From an uncultured Alphaproteobacteria bacterium (GTDB lineage: Bacteria; Pseudomonadota; Alphaproteobacteria; MPNO01; DASWLB01), in assembly GCA_963822575.1 (NCBI GenBank), contig CAWGHZ010000005.1, positions 108,963-172,962 of the forward strand: a stretch of 64,000 bases of DNA, given 5' to 3'. The position numbers and the translations under genes are program-made. Positions 42,043 through 51,830 of this stretch are shown piece by piece. How positions within the stretch are numbered: position 1 is the stretch's first letter; the number at the start of each line of letters is the position of its first letter. The notes beneath the pieces are model-generated. The model saw only the letters and a program-made list of their open reading frames with translations, made no database searches and had not been told where the DNA came from.

Positions 42043-42090
42043 CAACGCCTTGATTTATAAATAAATCCATCGATTGGCACGATTCTTGCT
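42043..42090 (+). promoter_or_regulatory. sigma-54 promoter with consensus IHF site
   Basis: TTGGCACGATTCTTGCT (42074-42090); AATCAA-GGCG-TTG on the minus strand at 42043-42055. Confidence 0.8.
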
Positions 42091-42154
42091 GGGCGCAGGG
42101 CGGGTTGGCCGGCGCGACCGGCCGCGGGCTTCGGCCCGAATCGTGGAGAGGCCG

Positions 42155-42262
42155 ATGGGGAATGAGCCCCTGAATGCGAAGTGGCTCCTGGCCGGGTTGA
42201 TCGTGGCGGGCAGCGTGCTGACCGGCGCGGCCTTCCTGCTGCTGGTCGGCTGGCACTTCTAG
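42155..42262 (+). CDS. 35-aa single-pass membrane protein
   Basis: GGAGAGG RBS; MGNEPLNAKWLLAGLIVAGSVLTGAAFLLLVGWHF; lies just downstream of a sigma-54 promoter. Confidence 0.6.
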   Translation: MGNEPLNAKWLLAGLIVAGSVLTGAAFLLLVGWHF

Positions 42263-42452
42263 GACGGCTACGGGGTCGGAAGCGGCCGAGTACCGCCGCG
42301 GCCTGCCCCGGGCCGCGCCGTCCCGGGCGACCGGGACCGTGCGGCGTGGGCGGGGCCGCCCGCCGGAAGGACGGGTTACGCACGCCCAGCCCCGCCCTTC
42401 CTCCTCCGCTTCCCCCCACGGGGCGGAGTGCGGGCGGCCCCGTTTCCCGCAA

Positions 42453-43727
42453 TCAGGCCGGGCGCGCGAGCGCGCGCCAGCCGATGTCGCGGCGGCAGAA
42501 CCCTTCGGGCCAGTCGATGGCGTCGACCGCGCGGTAGGCGCGCTCGCGAGCGCGGGCGACGTCCGTGCCGAGCGCGGTGATCCCCAGCACCCGTCCGCCG
42601 TCGGCGAGCACGCGGTCACCGTCGGCGCGCGTGCCGGCATGGAAGATCGTCACGCCGTCGATGGCGGCGGCACGGGCGAGCCCCGTGATCTCGCTGCCCT
42701 TGGCGTAGGCGCCGGGATAGCCCTTGGCCGCCATCACCACGCAGACGCTCGCCGCATCGTCCCAGCGCAGGTCGAAATGGGCGAGCTGGCCGTCGCGCGC
42801 GGCGATCAGCGCCGGCAGCAGGTCGGACTTGAGCCGGACCATCAGCGCCTGGCATTCGGGATCGCCGAACCGGACGTTGTATTCGAGGAGCTTCGGCCCC
42901 TCCGCCCCGATCATCAGCCCGGCGTAGAGGACGCCCTTGTACGGTGTGCCGGCGGCGGCGAGCGCGGCGACGGTCGGGCGCACGATGCGCGCCATCACGG
43001 TCTCGCAGAGCGCGGGATCGAGGATCGGCGCCGGCGAGTAGGCGCCCATGCCGCCGGTATTGGGGCCGGTGTCGCCGTCGCCGACCCGCTTGTGGTCCTG
43101 CGCGGTGGCGAGGGGAAGCGCCGTCTCGCCGTCGACGAGCGCGAAGAAGCTCGCCTCCTCGCCTTCCAGGAACTCCTCTACGACCAGTTCGGCGCCGGCC
43201 TCGCCGAACGCGCCGCCCAGCATGTCGTCGATCGCCGCCTCGGCCTGGGCGGGGGTTTCGGCGACGACCACGCCCTTGCCCGCCGCCAGCCCGTCCGCCT
43301 TGACCACGATCGGCGCGCCGTGACGGCGGACGAAGTTCTTTGCCTTTTCGGCGTCGGCGAAACGCCCATAGGCTGCGGTCGGGATGTCGTGCTTCGCGCA
43401 CAGGTCCTTGGTGAAGCCCTTGGAGGCTTCGAGCTGCGCGGCCGCCGCGCTGGGCCCGAACGATTTGATGCCCGCCGCCTCCAGCCTGTCCACGAGGCCG
43501 GCGACCAAAGGCGCCTCGGGCCCGACGACGACGAAGTCGATTCGCTCGTCCGTCGCGAATTTCACCAGACCTGCGAGATCGTCGGCGGCAATGGGCACGC
43601 AAATCGCGTCGGCGGCGATGCCGGCATTGCCCGGTGCGCAGTAGAGCGCGTCGACCAGCGGCGACGCCGCGATCGCCCACACCAGCGCGTGCTCGCGCCC
43701 GCCGCCCCCGACGACCAGGATTTTCAT
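42453..43727 (-). CDS. purD: Phosphoribosylamine--glycine ligase
   Basis: [42 protein letters not shown]. Confidence 0.98.
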   Translation of the reverse strand: MKILVVGGGGREHALVWAIAASPLVDALYCAPGNAGIAADAICVPIAADDLAGLVKFATDERIDFVVVGPEAPLVAGLVDRLEAAGIKSFGPSAAAAQLEASKGFTKDLCAKHDIPTAAYGRFADAEKAKNFVRRHGAPIVVKADGLAAGKGVVVAETPAQAEAAIDDMLGGAFGEAGAELVVEEFLEGEEASFFALVDGETALPLATAQDHKRVGDGDTGPNTGGMGAYSPAPILDPALCETVMARIVRPTVAALAAAGTPYKGVLYAGLMIGAEGPKLLEYNVRFGDPECQALMVRLKSDLLPALIAARDGQLAHFDLRWDDAASVCVVMAAKGYPGAYAKGSEITGLARAAAIDGVTIFHAGTRADGDRVLADGGRVLGITALGTDVARARERAYRAVDAIDWPEGFCRRDIGWRALARPA

Positions 43728-43781
43728 GCGCGACCCGTCCGTATCATCACGCCCGTCCTTTAGCATAGAATGAGAGTCGCG

Positions 43782-45296
43782 ATGACCGGCAACGGCTCGA
43801 TTTCCGAACAGGCCCGCGCGGCGCTGGGCGCCAACCTTGCCGAGTACACGGTGAGCGAGGTCGCCTTCGCCGTGAAGCGCACGCTCGAGGGCGCGTTCGA
43901 GCGCGTGCGCGTGCGCGGCGAGGTGTCACGCCCGAACTACCATTCGTCGGGCCACCTCTATTTCACGCTGAAGGATGCGGACGCGGTGCTCGACGGGGTG
44001 TGCTGGAAAACCGGCGTGAGCAAGCTCGGGCTCCGCCTCGAGGAGGGGATGGAGGTCGTCTGCACCGGGCGCATCTCGTCCTACCCGCGCTCGTCGAAAT
44101 ACCAGCTTGTCGTCGAATTGGTGGAGCTGGCCGGCGCCGGCGCGCTCCTGAAGCTGCTGGAGGACCGGCGGAAGCGTCTCGCCGCCGAGGGCCTGTTCGA
44201 CGAGGCACGGAAGAAGCCGATCCCGTTCCTGCCCGAGACGATCGGCGTCGTCACCTCGCCCACCGGCGCGGTGATCCGCGACATCCTGCACCGCCTGGCC
44301 GACCGGTTCCCGCGCCACGTGGTGCTGTGGCCCGTGCCGGTCCAGGGCGAGGGCGCGGCCGAGAAGATCGCCGCGGCCATCGCGGGGTTCAACGCGCTGC
44401 CCAAAGGCGGCGCGGTCGCACGGCCCGACGTGCTGATCGTCGGGCGCGGCGGGGGCAGTTTGGAGGATCTCTGGGCGTTCAACGAGGAGGTGGTGGTGCG
44501 CGCCGCCGCGGCCTCGGACATTCCGCTGATCTCGGCGGTGGGGCACGAGACCGACACGACCCTGATCGATTTCGCCGCCGACAAGCGCGCGCCGACGCCC
44601 ACCGCCGCGGCCGAGATGGCAGTGCCGGTGCGCGCGGAACTCGCCCAGCAGGTGCTCGATTGTTCGCGCCGCATGGTCGGCTGCATGGCGCGCAATCTGG
44701 AGGAGGCGCGGACGCGGCTGCGCGCCGAGGCACGCGGCCTGCCCGATCCCGGGCGCCTGCTCGAAGACGCGATGCAGGACCTCGACGGCGAGCGCGAGCG
44801 GCTGGAGAACGCGATGGCCGGCTTCCTCGCGCTCCGCACCGAGCGCGTCGCCGCGGCGCGCCCGCGCCATCCGCGCGAGATACTGGTCCAGGCCGCCCAG
44901 CGCGTCGCGGATTTCGGCGTGCGCCTTGCGCCCGCGACGCAGGGCCTCCTCGCCCGCCGGACGGAGAATTTCGCGACGCTCGACGCCGCCGCGCGCATGC
45001 GCCGCTGCGCGACGCGCCGCGTCGAGGACGCGACCCGCCATCTCGCGCACACGGCGCAGATACTGGAGTCACTCTCCTACCAGCGCGTGCTGGAGCGCGG
45101 CTTCGTGCTGGCCCGCGACGAACGGGGCGAGCCGGTCACCGCGGCGGCCGCGACCGCGCCCGGCATGGCGCTGTCGCTGCGCTTCCACGACGGCGAGGTG
45201 CCCGCAACGGTCACAAGCGGCACGGGCGCGGCGCGGCCCGCGCGCAAGCCGCGCAAAACGCCCTCCGACGACGAGGACCAGGGCAGCCTGTTGTAG
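43782..45296 (+). CDS. xseA: Exodeoxyribonuclease VII large subunit
   Basis: [43 protein letters not shown]. Start could be 43770. Confidence 0.96.
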   Translation: MTGNGSISEQARAALGANLAEYTVSEVAFAVKRTLEGAFERVRVRGEVSRPNYHSSGHLYFTLKDADAVLDGVCWKTGVSKLGLRLEEGMEVVCTGRISSYPRSSKYQLVVELVELAGAGALLKLLEDRRKRLAAEGLFDEARKKPIPFLPETIGVVTSPTGAVIRDILHRLADRFPRHVVLWPVPVQGEGAAEKIAAAIAGFNALPKGGAVARPDVLIVGRGGGSLEDLWAFNEEVVVRAAAASDIPLISAVGHETDTTLIDFAADKRAPTPTAAAEMAVPVRAELAQQVLDCSRRMVGCMARNLEEARTRLRAEARGLPDPGRLLEDAMQDLDGERERLENAMAGFLALRTERVAAARPRHPREILVQAAQRVADFGVRLAPATQGLLARRTENFATLDAAARMRRCATRRVEDATRHLAHTAQILESLSYQRVLERGFVLARDERGEPVTAAAATAPGMALSLRFHDGEVPATVTSGTGAARPARKPRKTPSDDEDQGSLL

Positions 45297-45299
45297 CGC

Positions 45300-46313
45300 C
45301 TACCGCCCGAGGTGCTTTTTCAAGCGCGGGAAGACCTTGAGCGCGTTCTCCTCGAAGATGATCTTCTTCTGCGCGTCGCTGATCTTCGCCGCGTCGACGT
45401 AGCGCTTGGTGTCGTCGTAGTCGAACCCGGTGGTCGGGTCGATGCCGCGCACCGCGCCCACCATCTCGGACGCGAACAGGATGTTCTTGGTCGGGATCAC
45501 GTTGGTGAGCAGGTCGATGCCCGGCTGGTGATAGACGCACGTGTCGAAATAGACGTTCTTCATCACGTGCTCGTCGAGGAGCGGCTTCTTCAGGTTCTGC
45601 GCCAGGCCGCGATAGCGCCCCCAGTGGAACGGCACCGCACCGCCGCCGTGCGGGATGATGAAGCGCAGGTTCGGGAAGTCCTTGAACAGATCGCCGGTGA
45701 TGAACTGCATGAAGCAGATCGTGTCGCCCGCGATGTAGTGCGCGCCGGTGTGGTGCACCGCCGGATTGCACGAGGCCGAGACGTGGATCATCGCCGGCAC
45801 GTCGAGCTCGCATATCTTCTCGTAGAGCGGATACCACCACTTGTCGGCGAGCGACGGCTCCTTCCAGTAACCGCCGGAGGGGTCGGGGTTGAGGTTGCAG
45901 CCGACGAAGCCCAGCTCGTTGACGCAGCGCTCGAGCTCGGCGATGCAGTTCTTCGGGTCGACGCCGGGCGATTGCGGGAGCTGGCAGACGCCGATGAAGT
46001 TCTCCGGGAACAGCCCGACCACGCGATGGATCAGGTCGTTGCAGGCCGTGGACCAGTGCTCGCTGGTCGTCGCGTCGCCGATATGGTGGCCCATGCCGGC
46101 CGCGCGCGGCGAGAAGATGGTGAGGTCGGTGCCGCGCTCGCGTTGAAGCTTCAATTGGGCGCCCTCGATCGAGGCGCGGATCTGGTCGTCGGTGATCTTG
46201 AGCGCGGCGGGTGTCGGCTGCTTCTTCTCCTTCAGCGCCGCGATCTGCGCGTCGCGGTAGTCCTGCAGCTCCTTCGGCGCGGTGGTGTAGTGGCCGTGGC
46301 AATCGATGATCAT
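45300..46313 (-). CDS. ligJ: 4-oxalomesaconate hydratase (LigJ-type amidohydrolase)
   Basis: MIIDCHGHYTTAP, CQLPQSPG, PHGGGAVPFHWGRYRG, FASEMVGAVRGIDP. Confidence 0.9.
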   Translation of the reverse strand: MIIDCHGHYTTAPKELQDYRDAQIAALKEKKQPTPAALKITDDQIRASIEGAQLKLQRERGTDLTIFSPRAAGMGHHIGDATTSEHWSTACNDLIHRVVGLFPENFIGVCQLPQSPGVDPKNCIAELERCVNELGFVGCNLNPDPSGGYWKEPSLADKWWYPLYEKICELDVPAMIHVSASCNPAVHHTGAHYIAGDTICFMQFITGDLFKDFPNLRFIIPHGGGAVPFHWGRYRGLAQNLKKPLLDEHVMKNVYFDTCVYHQPGIDLLTNVIPTKNILFASEMVGAVRGIDPTTGFDYDDTKRYVDAAKISDAQKKIIFEENALKVFPRLKKHLGR

Positions 46314-46335
46314 GACGTTGGTTCTCCGTATCTCG

Positions 46336-47202
46336 TTACTTCGCCCGGCCGGCGAGCTCGAGGCCCTTGTTGAGCCCGGCGTAGCTGCGCGTCGGCGCCG
46401 GCATCAGGAAGCGGTAGCCCTCGGCCAGAACGCGCTCCACATTGTTGGCGTCGACGTGCGGATGGCCGACCGGCACGTTGTGCTTCTTGCAGATCGAGCG
46501 GATCTCGGTCATGGCGCCCAGGAGGTCGGGATGGTCGTACTGGCGCGCGCAGCCGAGTTCCTGCGACAGGTCGCCCTCGCCGATCAGGCAGACGCCGATG
46601 CCCGGCACCTTGCCCAGCATGTCGTCGAGGTTCTTGATGGCCAGCGTCTCCTCGATCATCAGGATGACCAGCACCTCGCCGTCCGGCGCGAGCGGCCAGA
46701 CGTCGGCCTTCTTGTAGTATTCCTGCTGGGTGAGGCCCCAGTAGCGCGCCGCGGCGCCGGGCGCGTCGCCGCGGATGCCGGCAGGCTCGAAGATCGGCTT
46801 CGAGGGAAGGCGCGGATAGCGGCAGGCGGCGACCGCGTTGTAGGCCTGGTCGACCGTCGAGACATGCGGCCAGACGATGCCGTAGGCGCCGAGGTCGAGC
46901 GCCTGCTTGGCCGGCCACTGGCTCATCTCGACGCCGTTGGGCGGGATGCGCACCATCGGCGTCACCGGAGGCGCGAGCGTTCCGCCGGTCACGATCTGGC
47001 GCCGGTTCAGCATGTATTGCAGGCAGTCGCGCAGCGCGCGGATGTCGTACGGGCCGTGCTCCATCTCGTAGACGATGCCGTCGTACTTCGAGGCGGCGAA
47101 GGCCAGCGTCTCCTCGATGTCGGTGCGGGCGAACGCGGTGAAGGCGGGCTTGCCCTCCTCCAGCGCCTTGATCACGCCGTTGAGACGCGGAATGTCGGCC
47201 AT
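46336..47202 (-). CDS. HpcH/HpaI-family aldolase
   Basis: EMEHGP, VRIP, KQALDLG..GI..PHV, MIE, IGEGDLS. Confidence 0.88.
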   Translation of the reverse strand: MADIPRLNGVIKALEEGKPAFTAFARTDIEETLAFAASKYDGIVYEMEHGPYDIRALRDCLQYMLNRRQIVTGGTLAPPVTPMVRIPPNGVEMSQWPAKQALDLGAYGIVWPHVSTVDQAYNAVAACRYPRLPSKPIFEPAGIRGDAPGAAARYWGLTQQEYYKKADVWPLAPDGEVLVILMIEETLAIKNLDDMLGKVPGIGVCLIGEGDLSQELGCARQYDHPDLLGAMTEIRSICKKHNVPVGHPHVDANNVERVLAEGYRFLMPAPTRSYAGLNKGLELAGRAK

Positions 47203-47318
47203 GGCTTCTCCCCAGTGTTCTTGCCGCCCCGCGCTGGCGTCCGGGGCGCATCGCTTGCCGGTGGCTTACGCCACCTCGCGCCGCCGCGCAAGGCAGGGCG
47301 GCGCAAGGCGCCGGCGCG

Positions 47319-48332
47319 TCAGTTCGTCTTGCGCAGCTTGGCGAGCTCGGCGCGGTAGGCCGCGAGCACGTGCGCCCCGTCCGGCGTACGCTTGACGAAA
47401 TCCTGCGCGATGGGCGCCAGGAGCTTCTTCCACTTCTCCGACTGCTCGTCCGTAAGGGTCGAGCAGTGGTGGCCCGGCAGATGGCAGGTGTAGTTGCGCA
47501 ACTCGGCCTCGACCGTGTCGGACAGGTTTCCCATCAGCCGCGAATACGGCTCGCCCGCGTTCTTGTCGATTGCGGCCTTGGCCTTGGCCGGCAGGCGCTC
47601 GTACGCCCCCTTGTTCATGAGCATGGCGCCAGGGTTGTTGCCGAACGGCACGTCCAGGTCGTACTTGGTGAGCTCGTAGGTCTTGAAGGTCTGGGTGCCG
47701 GTCCAGCCCAGCACCACGCCCGCAACCAGCCCGCGCTGGATCGATTCGTAGAAATCGCCCGGCACCATGGTGACCGGCGTGCCGCCCAAGAGCTTCAGCT
47801 CCTCGCCCGAGCCGCGCGACAGCACGCCGAGCTTGATACCCTGCATGTCCTCGATGGTGCGGATCGGCCGGCTGGTGTGGAGGCCCGACGGGTTGTAGAC
47901 ATAGAGGGCCAGCACCTTCGTGTTGCCGAACTCGTCGGCGTCGACGCCCTCCTTGTAGATGCCCCAGGCGGCGAGGCTCGCATCGAGCGTCGAGGTCACC
48001 TCGAACGGCAGCTCGGGCACCATCGCCTTCTTGAACGTGCCTTCGAGATTGCTGAGCGCCCCGTACATGCAGTCGACCACGCCGGCCATCATGCGGTCAT
48101 AGACGTTGCGCTGGGTCACCACCGAACCGCCCACGAACACCTGGAACTTCAACAGCCCGCCCGAATCCTTCTCGACCTTCTTGGTCCACGGATAGACCGC
48201 GCGTGCGTTGGGCCACGACTTCGCCGGCACCGGCGAGCCGTATTTCAGCACGATCGGCTCCATGGCGTTCGCGGCGAGCGGCAGGATCACCAGCGCCGCG
48301 GCGGCGATCGCGATTCGGGTGATCGGTTTCAT
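47319..48332 (-). CDS. TRAP transporter substrate-binding protein (DctP family)
   Basis: Signal peptide; IEDMQGIK, LGGTPV, YESIQRG, MNK.AYERLP. Confidence 0.88.
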   Translation of the reverse strand: MKPITRIAIAAAALVILPLAANAMEPIVLKYGSPVPAKSWPNARAVYPWTKKVEKDSGGLLKFQVFVGGSVVTQRNVYDRMMAGVVDCMYGALSNLEGTFKKAMVPELPFEVTSTLDASLAAWGIYKEGVDADEFGNTKVLALYVYNPSGLHTSRPIRTIEDMQGIKLGVLSRGSGEELKLLGGTPVTMVPGDFYESIQRGLVAGVVLGWTGTQTFKTYELTKYDLDVPFGNNPGAMLMNKGAYERLPAKAKAAIDKNAGEPYSRLMGNLSDTVEAELRNYTCHLPGHHCSTLTDEQSEKWKKLLAPIAQDFVKRTPDGAHVLAAYRAELAKLRKTN

Positions 48333-48462
48333 GCACGCCTCCCCATGTGGCTGTTGGCGAAACCATAGCGTCTCGCGCTGCGGGAGGCGAGGGCTGCGAC
48401 AACCCCCTTGCCCGGCGGCGCGCGAAGACCCAAGCTCGTACGGCCGGCGGGACAGGGGGACC

Positions 48463-50085
48463 ATGCAGCGGTTCGACTACATCATCGTGGGGGCGGGATC
48501 GGCCGGGTGCGTTCTCGCCAACCGGCTGAGCGAGGATGGCAACGCAAGGGTGCTGCTGCTGGAGGCGGGCGGGCGCGACTCCGATTTCCGCATCCACATG
48601 CCGCTCGCCATGCGCACCTTGACCTTCGATCCGAAGGTGACCTGGGGCTTTTCGACCGAGCCCGAGCCGCACTGCTACGGCCGGCGCATCCCGGTGCCGC
48701 GCGGGCGCGTGCTGGGCGGCACCTCGTCGATCAACGCGATGATTTATGCCCGCGGCCACCCGCTGGACTACGACCAATGGCGCCAGATGGGGCTCGACGG
48801 CTGGGGCTATGCCGACGTGCTGCCCTACTTCAAGCGGTCGGAGCGGAGCTTCCGCGGCGAAGATGCCTATCACGGCGCAGGCGGGCCGCTGAAGGTGACG
48901 CCGCCCGGCATTCCGAGCCCGCTCTACGAGATGTTCGCCGCGGCGGCGGAGCGGGTGGGCTTCCCGCGCTCGTCGGACTACAACGGCGCCGAGCCCGAGG
49001 GGGTGGCGCAGGCGCAGCAGACGATCGGCGACGGCAAGCGCTGGTCGACCGCGCGCGCCTTCCTGTGCCCGGCGCTGGGAAGGCGCAACCTGCGCATCGC
49101 GGTGCGCGCGCTGGCCGAGAAGGTGGTGGTGGAGAACGGCCGCGCCGTCGGCGTCGCCTTCCGCCAGGGCGCGAAGCGCTTCGCCGCCTATTGCGACCGC
49201 GAGGTGATCCTCGCGGGCGGCACCTACAACTCGCCGCAGCTTCTGATGCTCTCGGGCATCGGGCCGGCGGACGAGCTGAAGGCGCTGGGCATCGCGCCGG
49301 TCGCCGACCGGCCCGAGGTCGGGCGCAATCTGCAGGAGCACGTCAACACCTTCGCCACGTTCGAGCTTTCCAAGCCGATCTCGCTGCAGCCATTGCTGCG
49401 CTTCGACCGGATGACGCTCAACGTCGCGCGCTGGGCGCTCAACGGCACCGGGCCGGCCGGCAGCTTCCCGACGAGCTGCGCGTCGTTCCTCCGCGTGCGC
49501 CCGGAAAGCGAGCGGCCGGAGATCGAGCTTCTGGTCAGCCCCGTCGCGCCCGACGGCACGATGTGGTTCCCCGGCGTGAAGAAGCCGGTCGGCCACCGCT
49601 TCTCCAGCCGCATCGCGGTGCTGCACCCGCGCAGCAAGGGCCGGGTGAGCCTGCGCTCGGCCGATCCTGCCGCGCCGCCCCGCATCCTGTGGAACCTGTT
49701 CGACGACCCGCACGATCTCGAGACCTTGCGCCTCGGCCTCAAGGCGGTGCGCTCGATCTTCGCCGCCGAGCCGCTGGCCGCGGTCGTCGCAGGCGAGCAG
49801 CGGCCCGGACCCGGCATCGCGAGCGACGAGGAGATCGACGAGTTCCTGCGCAAGAACTGCGAGACCGCGCACCATCCCGCCGGCACCTGCCGCATGGGCG
49901 CCGATGACGCGGCCGTGGTCGACGCCGAGCTGCGCGTGCGGGGCGTCGAAGGGCTGCGCGTCGCCGACTGCTCGGTGATGCCCAACGTCGTCGGCTCCAA
50001 CACCAACGCGCCGACCATCATGATCGCCGAGAAGGCGTCCGACATGATCCGCGGCCGGGAGAGGCTTCCCGCCGCCGCGATCTGA
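48463..50085 (+). CDS. GMC oxidoreductase (choline dehydrogenase-like)
   Basis: GAGSAGCVLANRL, GRVLGGTSSINAMIY.RG, HPAGTCRMG, NTNAPTIMIAEK. Confidence 0.93.
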   Translation: MQRFDYIIVGAGSAGCVLANRLSEDGNARVLLLEAGGRDSDFRIHMPLAMRTLTFDPKVTWGFSTEPEPHCYGRRIPVPRGRVLGGTSSINAMIYARGHPLDYDQWRQMGLDGWGYADVLPYFKRSERSFRGEDAYHGAGGPLKVTPPGIPSPLYEMFAAAAERVGFPRSSDYNGAEPEGVAQAQQTIGDGKRWSTARAFLCPALGRRNLRIAVRALAEKVVVENGRAVGVAFRQGAKRFAAYCDREVILAGGTYNSPQLLMLSGIGPADELKALGIAPVADRPEVGRNLQEHVNTFATFELSKPISLQPLLRFDRMTLNVARWALNGTGPAGSFPTSCASFLRVRPESERPEIELLVSPVAPDGTMWFPGVKKPVGHRFSSRIAVLHPRSKGRVSLRSADPAAPPRILWNLFDDPHDLETLRLGLKAVRSIFAAEPLAAVVAGEQRPGPGIASDEEIDEFLRKNCETAHHPAGTCRMGADDAAVVDAELRVRGVEGLRVADCSVMPNVVGSNTNAPTIMIAEKASDMIRGRERLPAAAI

Positions 50086-50101
50086 ACCGAGGGGAAAGAT
50101 C

Positions 50102-50599
50102 ATGCGATTCCGCACCATCGCGGCGCTCTGCGCCCTGGCCGCCGCCGCCGGCTGCGCCGCGCAACAGACCGCGTCCGGGCCCGTATCCGACGCCCAGTTC
50201 GCCCACGACCTCTGGACCCAGATGGACGCGCTCCGGCTGGTGGGCGAGCACGCGATCGTCAGCCGTCCCTATGTCGGCAAGCAGCCGCACGGCGCGATCC
50301 TCGACTATCTGCAGACCGACGTGACCGTCGCCGGCCGCACCGCGCCGGTAATGGTGAAGAAGAATTTCGGCGGCAAGGGCATCTTCATCGGCAAGGTGTG
50401 GGCCCACCCGCAGCCCTACCTCCAGGACATCACGGTGATGTACAAGCGCGAGGCGGGGTACGACGCGCCCCACCAGGACTGGTTCTATGCCAACTACGCG
50501 CCCGACGGCGCGGTGAAAGCGTCCGGCCGCGTCGGCGACTGCATCTCGTGCCACAAGAAGGCGCCGGGCGACGACTACATCTTCAGCTTCGACCACTGA
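50102..50599 (+). CDS. Cytochrome P460/c'-beta family lipoprotein
   Basis: AAGC lipobox; VKKN, VMYKR..GYD...DWFYA.Y; single C-terminal CISCH. Confidence 0.8.
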   Translation: MRFRTIAALCALAAAAGCAAQQTASGPVSDAQFAHDLWTQMDALRLVGEHAIVSRPYVGKQPHGAILDYLQTDVTVAGRTAPVMVKKNFGGKGIFIGKVWAHPQPYLQDITVMYKREAGYDAPHQDWFYANYAPDGAVKASGRVGDCISCHKKAPGDDYIFSFDH

Positions 50600-50664
50600 G
50601 GCGGCCCGCGCCGTGGCGCCCGCGTGACCCGGCGTGACCGCGCCGAGCCGGCGGGCGGTTTCGC

Positions 50665-50690
50665 GGAACGGCGCCGGCCGGCCACGCGTT
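50665..50690 (+). promoter_or_regulatory. EcfG general stress response promoter
   Basis: GGAAC-N17-CGTT, 35 nt upstream of ATG 50726. Confidence 0.72.
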
Positions 50691-50725
50691 CTCCCGTGAA
50701 CTGGCAACGACACGGGAGAGAGATC

Positions 50726-51277
50726 ATGCGCTTATCGACGATGCTTGCGGCGGCAAGCGCGCTGGCCCTGGCGACGGCCACCCTGCCCGCCGCGGCGGCG
50801 GACCAGGCCCCGCACGGGACCCCCGCCCCGGTCCTTAGGGAAGCGCCCACGGTCCCGAACATGGACCAGCCCGGCCCGCCCGGCGCCGGCCCCGAGAATG
50901 CACAGCAAGAACGGACCGAGCACGAGCGGACGACCGTGATCCAGCGCCGCTCGGTGACCGAGGAGTCGGGCGTGATGCCCCAGGAGGGCGGCCCGGACTT
51001 CCCCACCGACATCGTCGGGCACAATTTGCTCAACACGCACGGTGATGTCGTCGGCGAGATCACCGCGGTGCGCGGCAACCGGATCCTGGTCAGCGTCGGG
51101 TCCTACCTGGGCCTCGGCCGGCACGAGATCGAGCTGAACCACGACGAGGTGAACATCTCGAAGGGCGGGCAGATCACCACCCCGCTCACGATCACCCGCC
51201 TGCAGCAAAAGCCGGCCGTCAGCGTCCAGTCGACGCAGCCGAAGACCCAGTCGAACGACCGGTTCGAGCCGCGCTGA
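50726..51277 (+). CDS. Exported PRC-barrel domain protein
   Basis: Signal peptide; IVG..L.N..GD.VGEI, VSVGSYLGLG. Confidence 0.78.
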   Translation: MRLSTMLAAASALALATATLPAAAADQAPHGTPAPVLREAPTVPNMDQPGPPGAGPENAQQERTEHERTTVIQRRSVTEESGVMPQEGGPDFPTDIVGHNLLNTHGDVVGEITAVRGNRILVSVGSYLGLGRHEIELNHDEVNISKGGQITTPLTITRLQQKPAVSVQSTQPKTQSNDRFEPR

Positions 51278-51280
51278 GGC

Positions 51281-51799
51281 TCATTCCGCGACCGCCGCCA
51301 TCCCGGGGGGCCGCGCGCCCTCCGGGATGAGGTGGACGTCGCGCCGCGGGAACGGGATGTTGAGCCCCGCCTCATCGAGCCGCTCCTTGAGCCGGCGCGT
51401 CGGGTTGCGGCTGTAGTTCTTCACCGCCTGGCCCCACACGTTGCCGTTGGGCACGAGAAGCTGCACGTTGTCGGGCGTGGCGAGTTCGGTGACGAACAGG
51501 TTGAGCCCCTTCACCGTGCCGCCGTGGCCCGCCACCTCGACATAGTCGCCCACCCGGAACGGACGGAAGAGCTGGAGCATGACGCCGGCGGCGACGTTCG
51601 CCAGGGTCCCCTGCACGGCGAGGCCGATGGCCAGCGCCCCGGCGCCGAGCACGGCGAGGATGCTGGCCGTCTGGACGCCAAATTGCGACAGCACGGCGAA
51701 CACGGTGAAGACCAGGATCGTATAGCGGACCAGTTCGCCGAAGAAGCGGCGCAGCATCTCGGCGCCGACCTGCTGGAGAATGTCCTGCGCTGAATCCAT
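51281..51799 (-). CDS. Shortened MscS-family mechanosensitive channel (two apparent in-frame deletions)
   Basis: [30 protein letters not shown] and IPFP present; TM1 and most of the C-terminal alpha/beta domain are missing. Confidence 0.72.
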   Translation of the reverse strand: MDSAQDILQQVGAEMLRRFFGELVRYTILVFTVFAVLSQFGVQTASILAVLGAGALAIGLAVQGTLANVAAGVMLQLFRPFRVGDYVEVAGHGGTVKGLNLFVTELATPDNVQLLVPNGNVWGQAVKNYSRNPTRRLKERLDEAGLNIPFPRRDVHLIPEGARPPGMAAVAE

Positions 51800-51830
51800 A
51801 TTGGCTTCCCCCTGCACGATCAGTCGGGCG

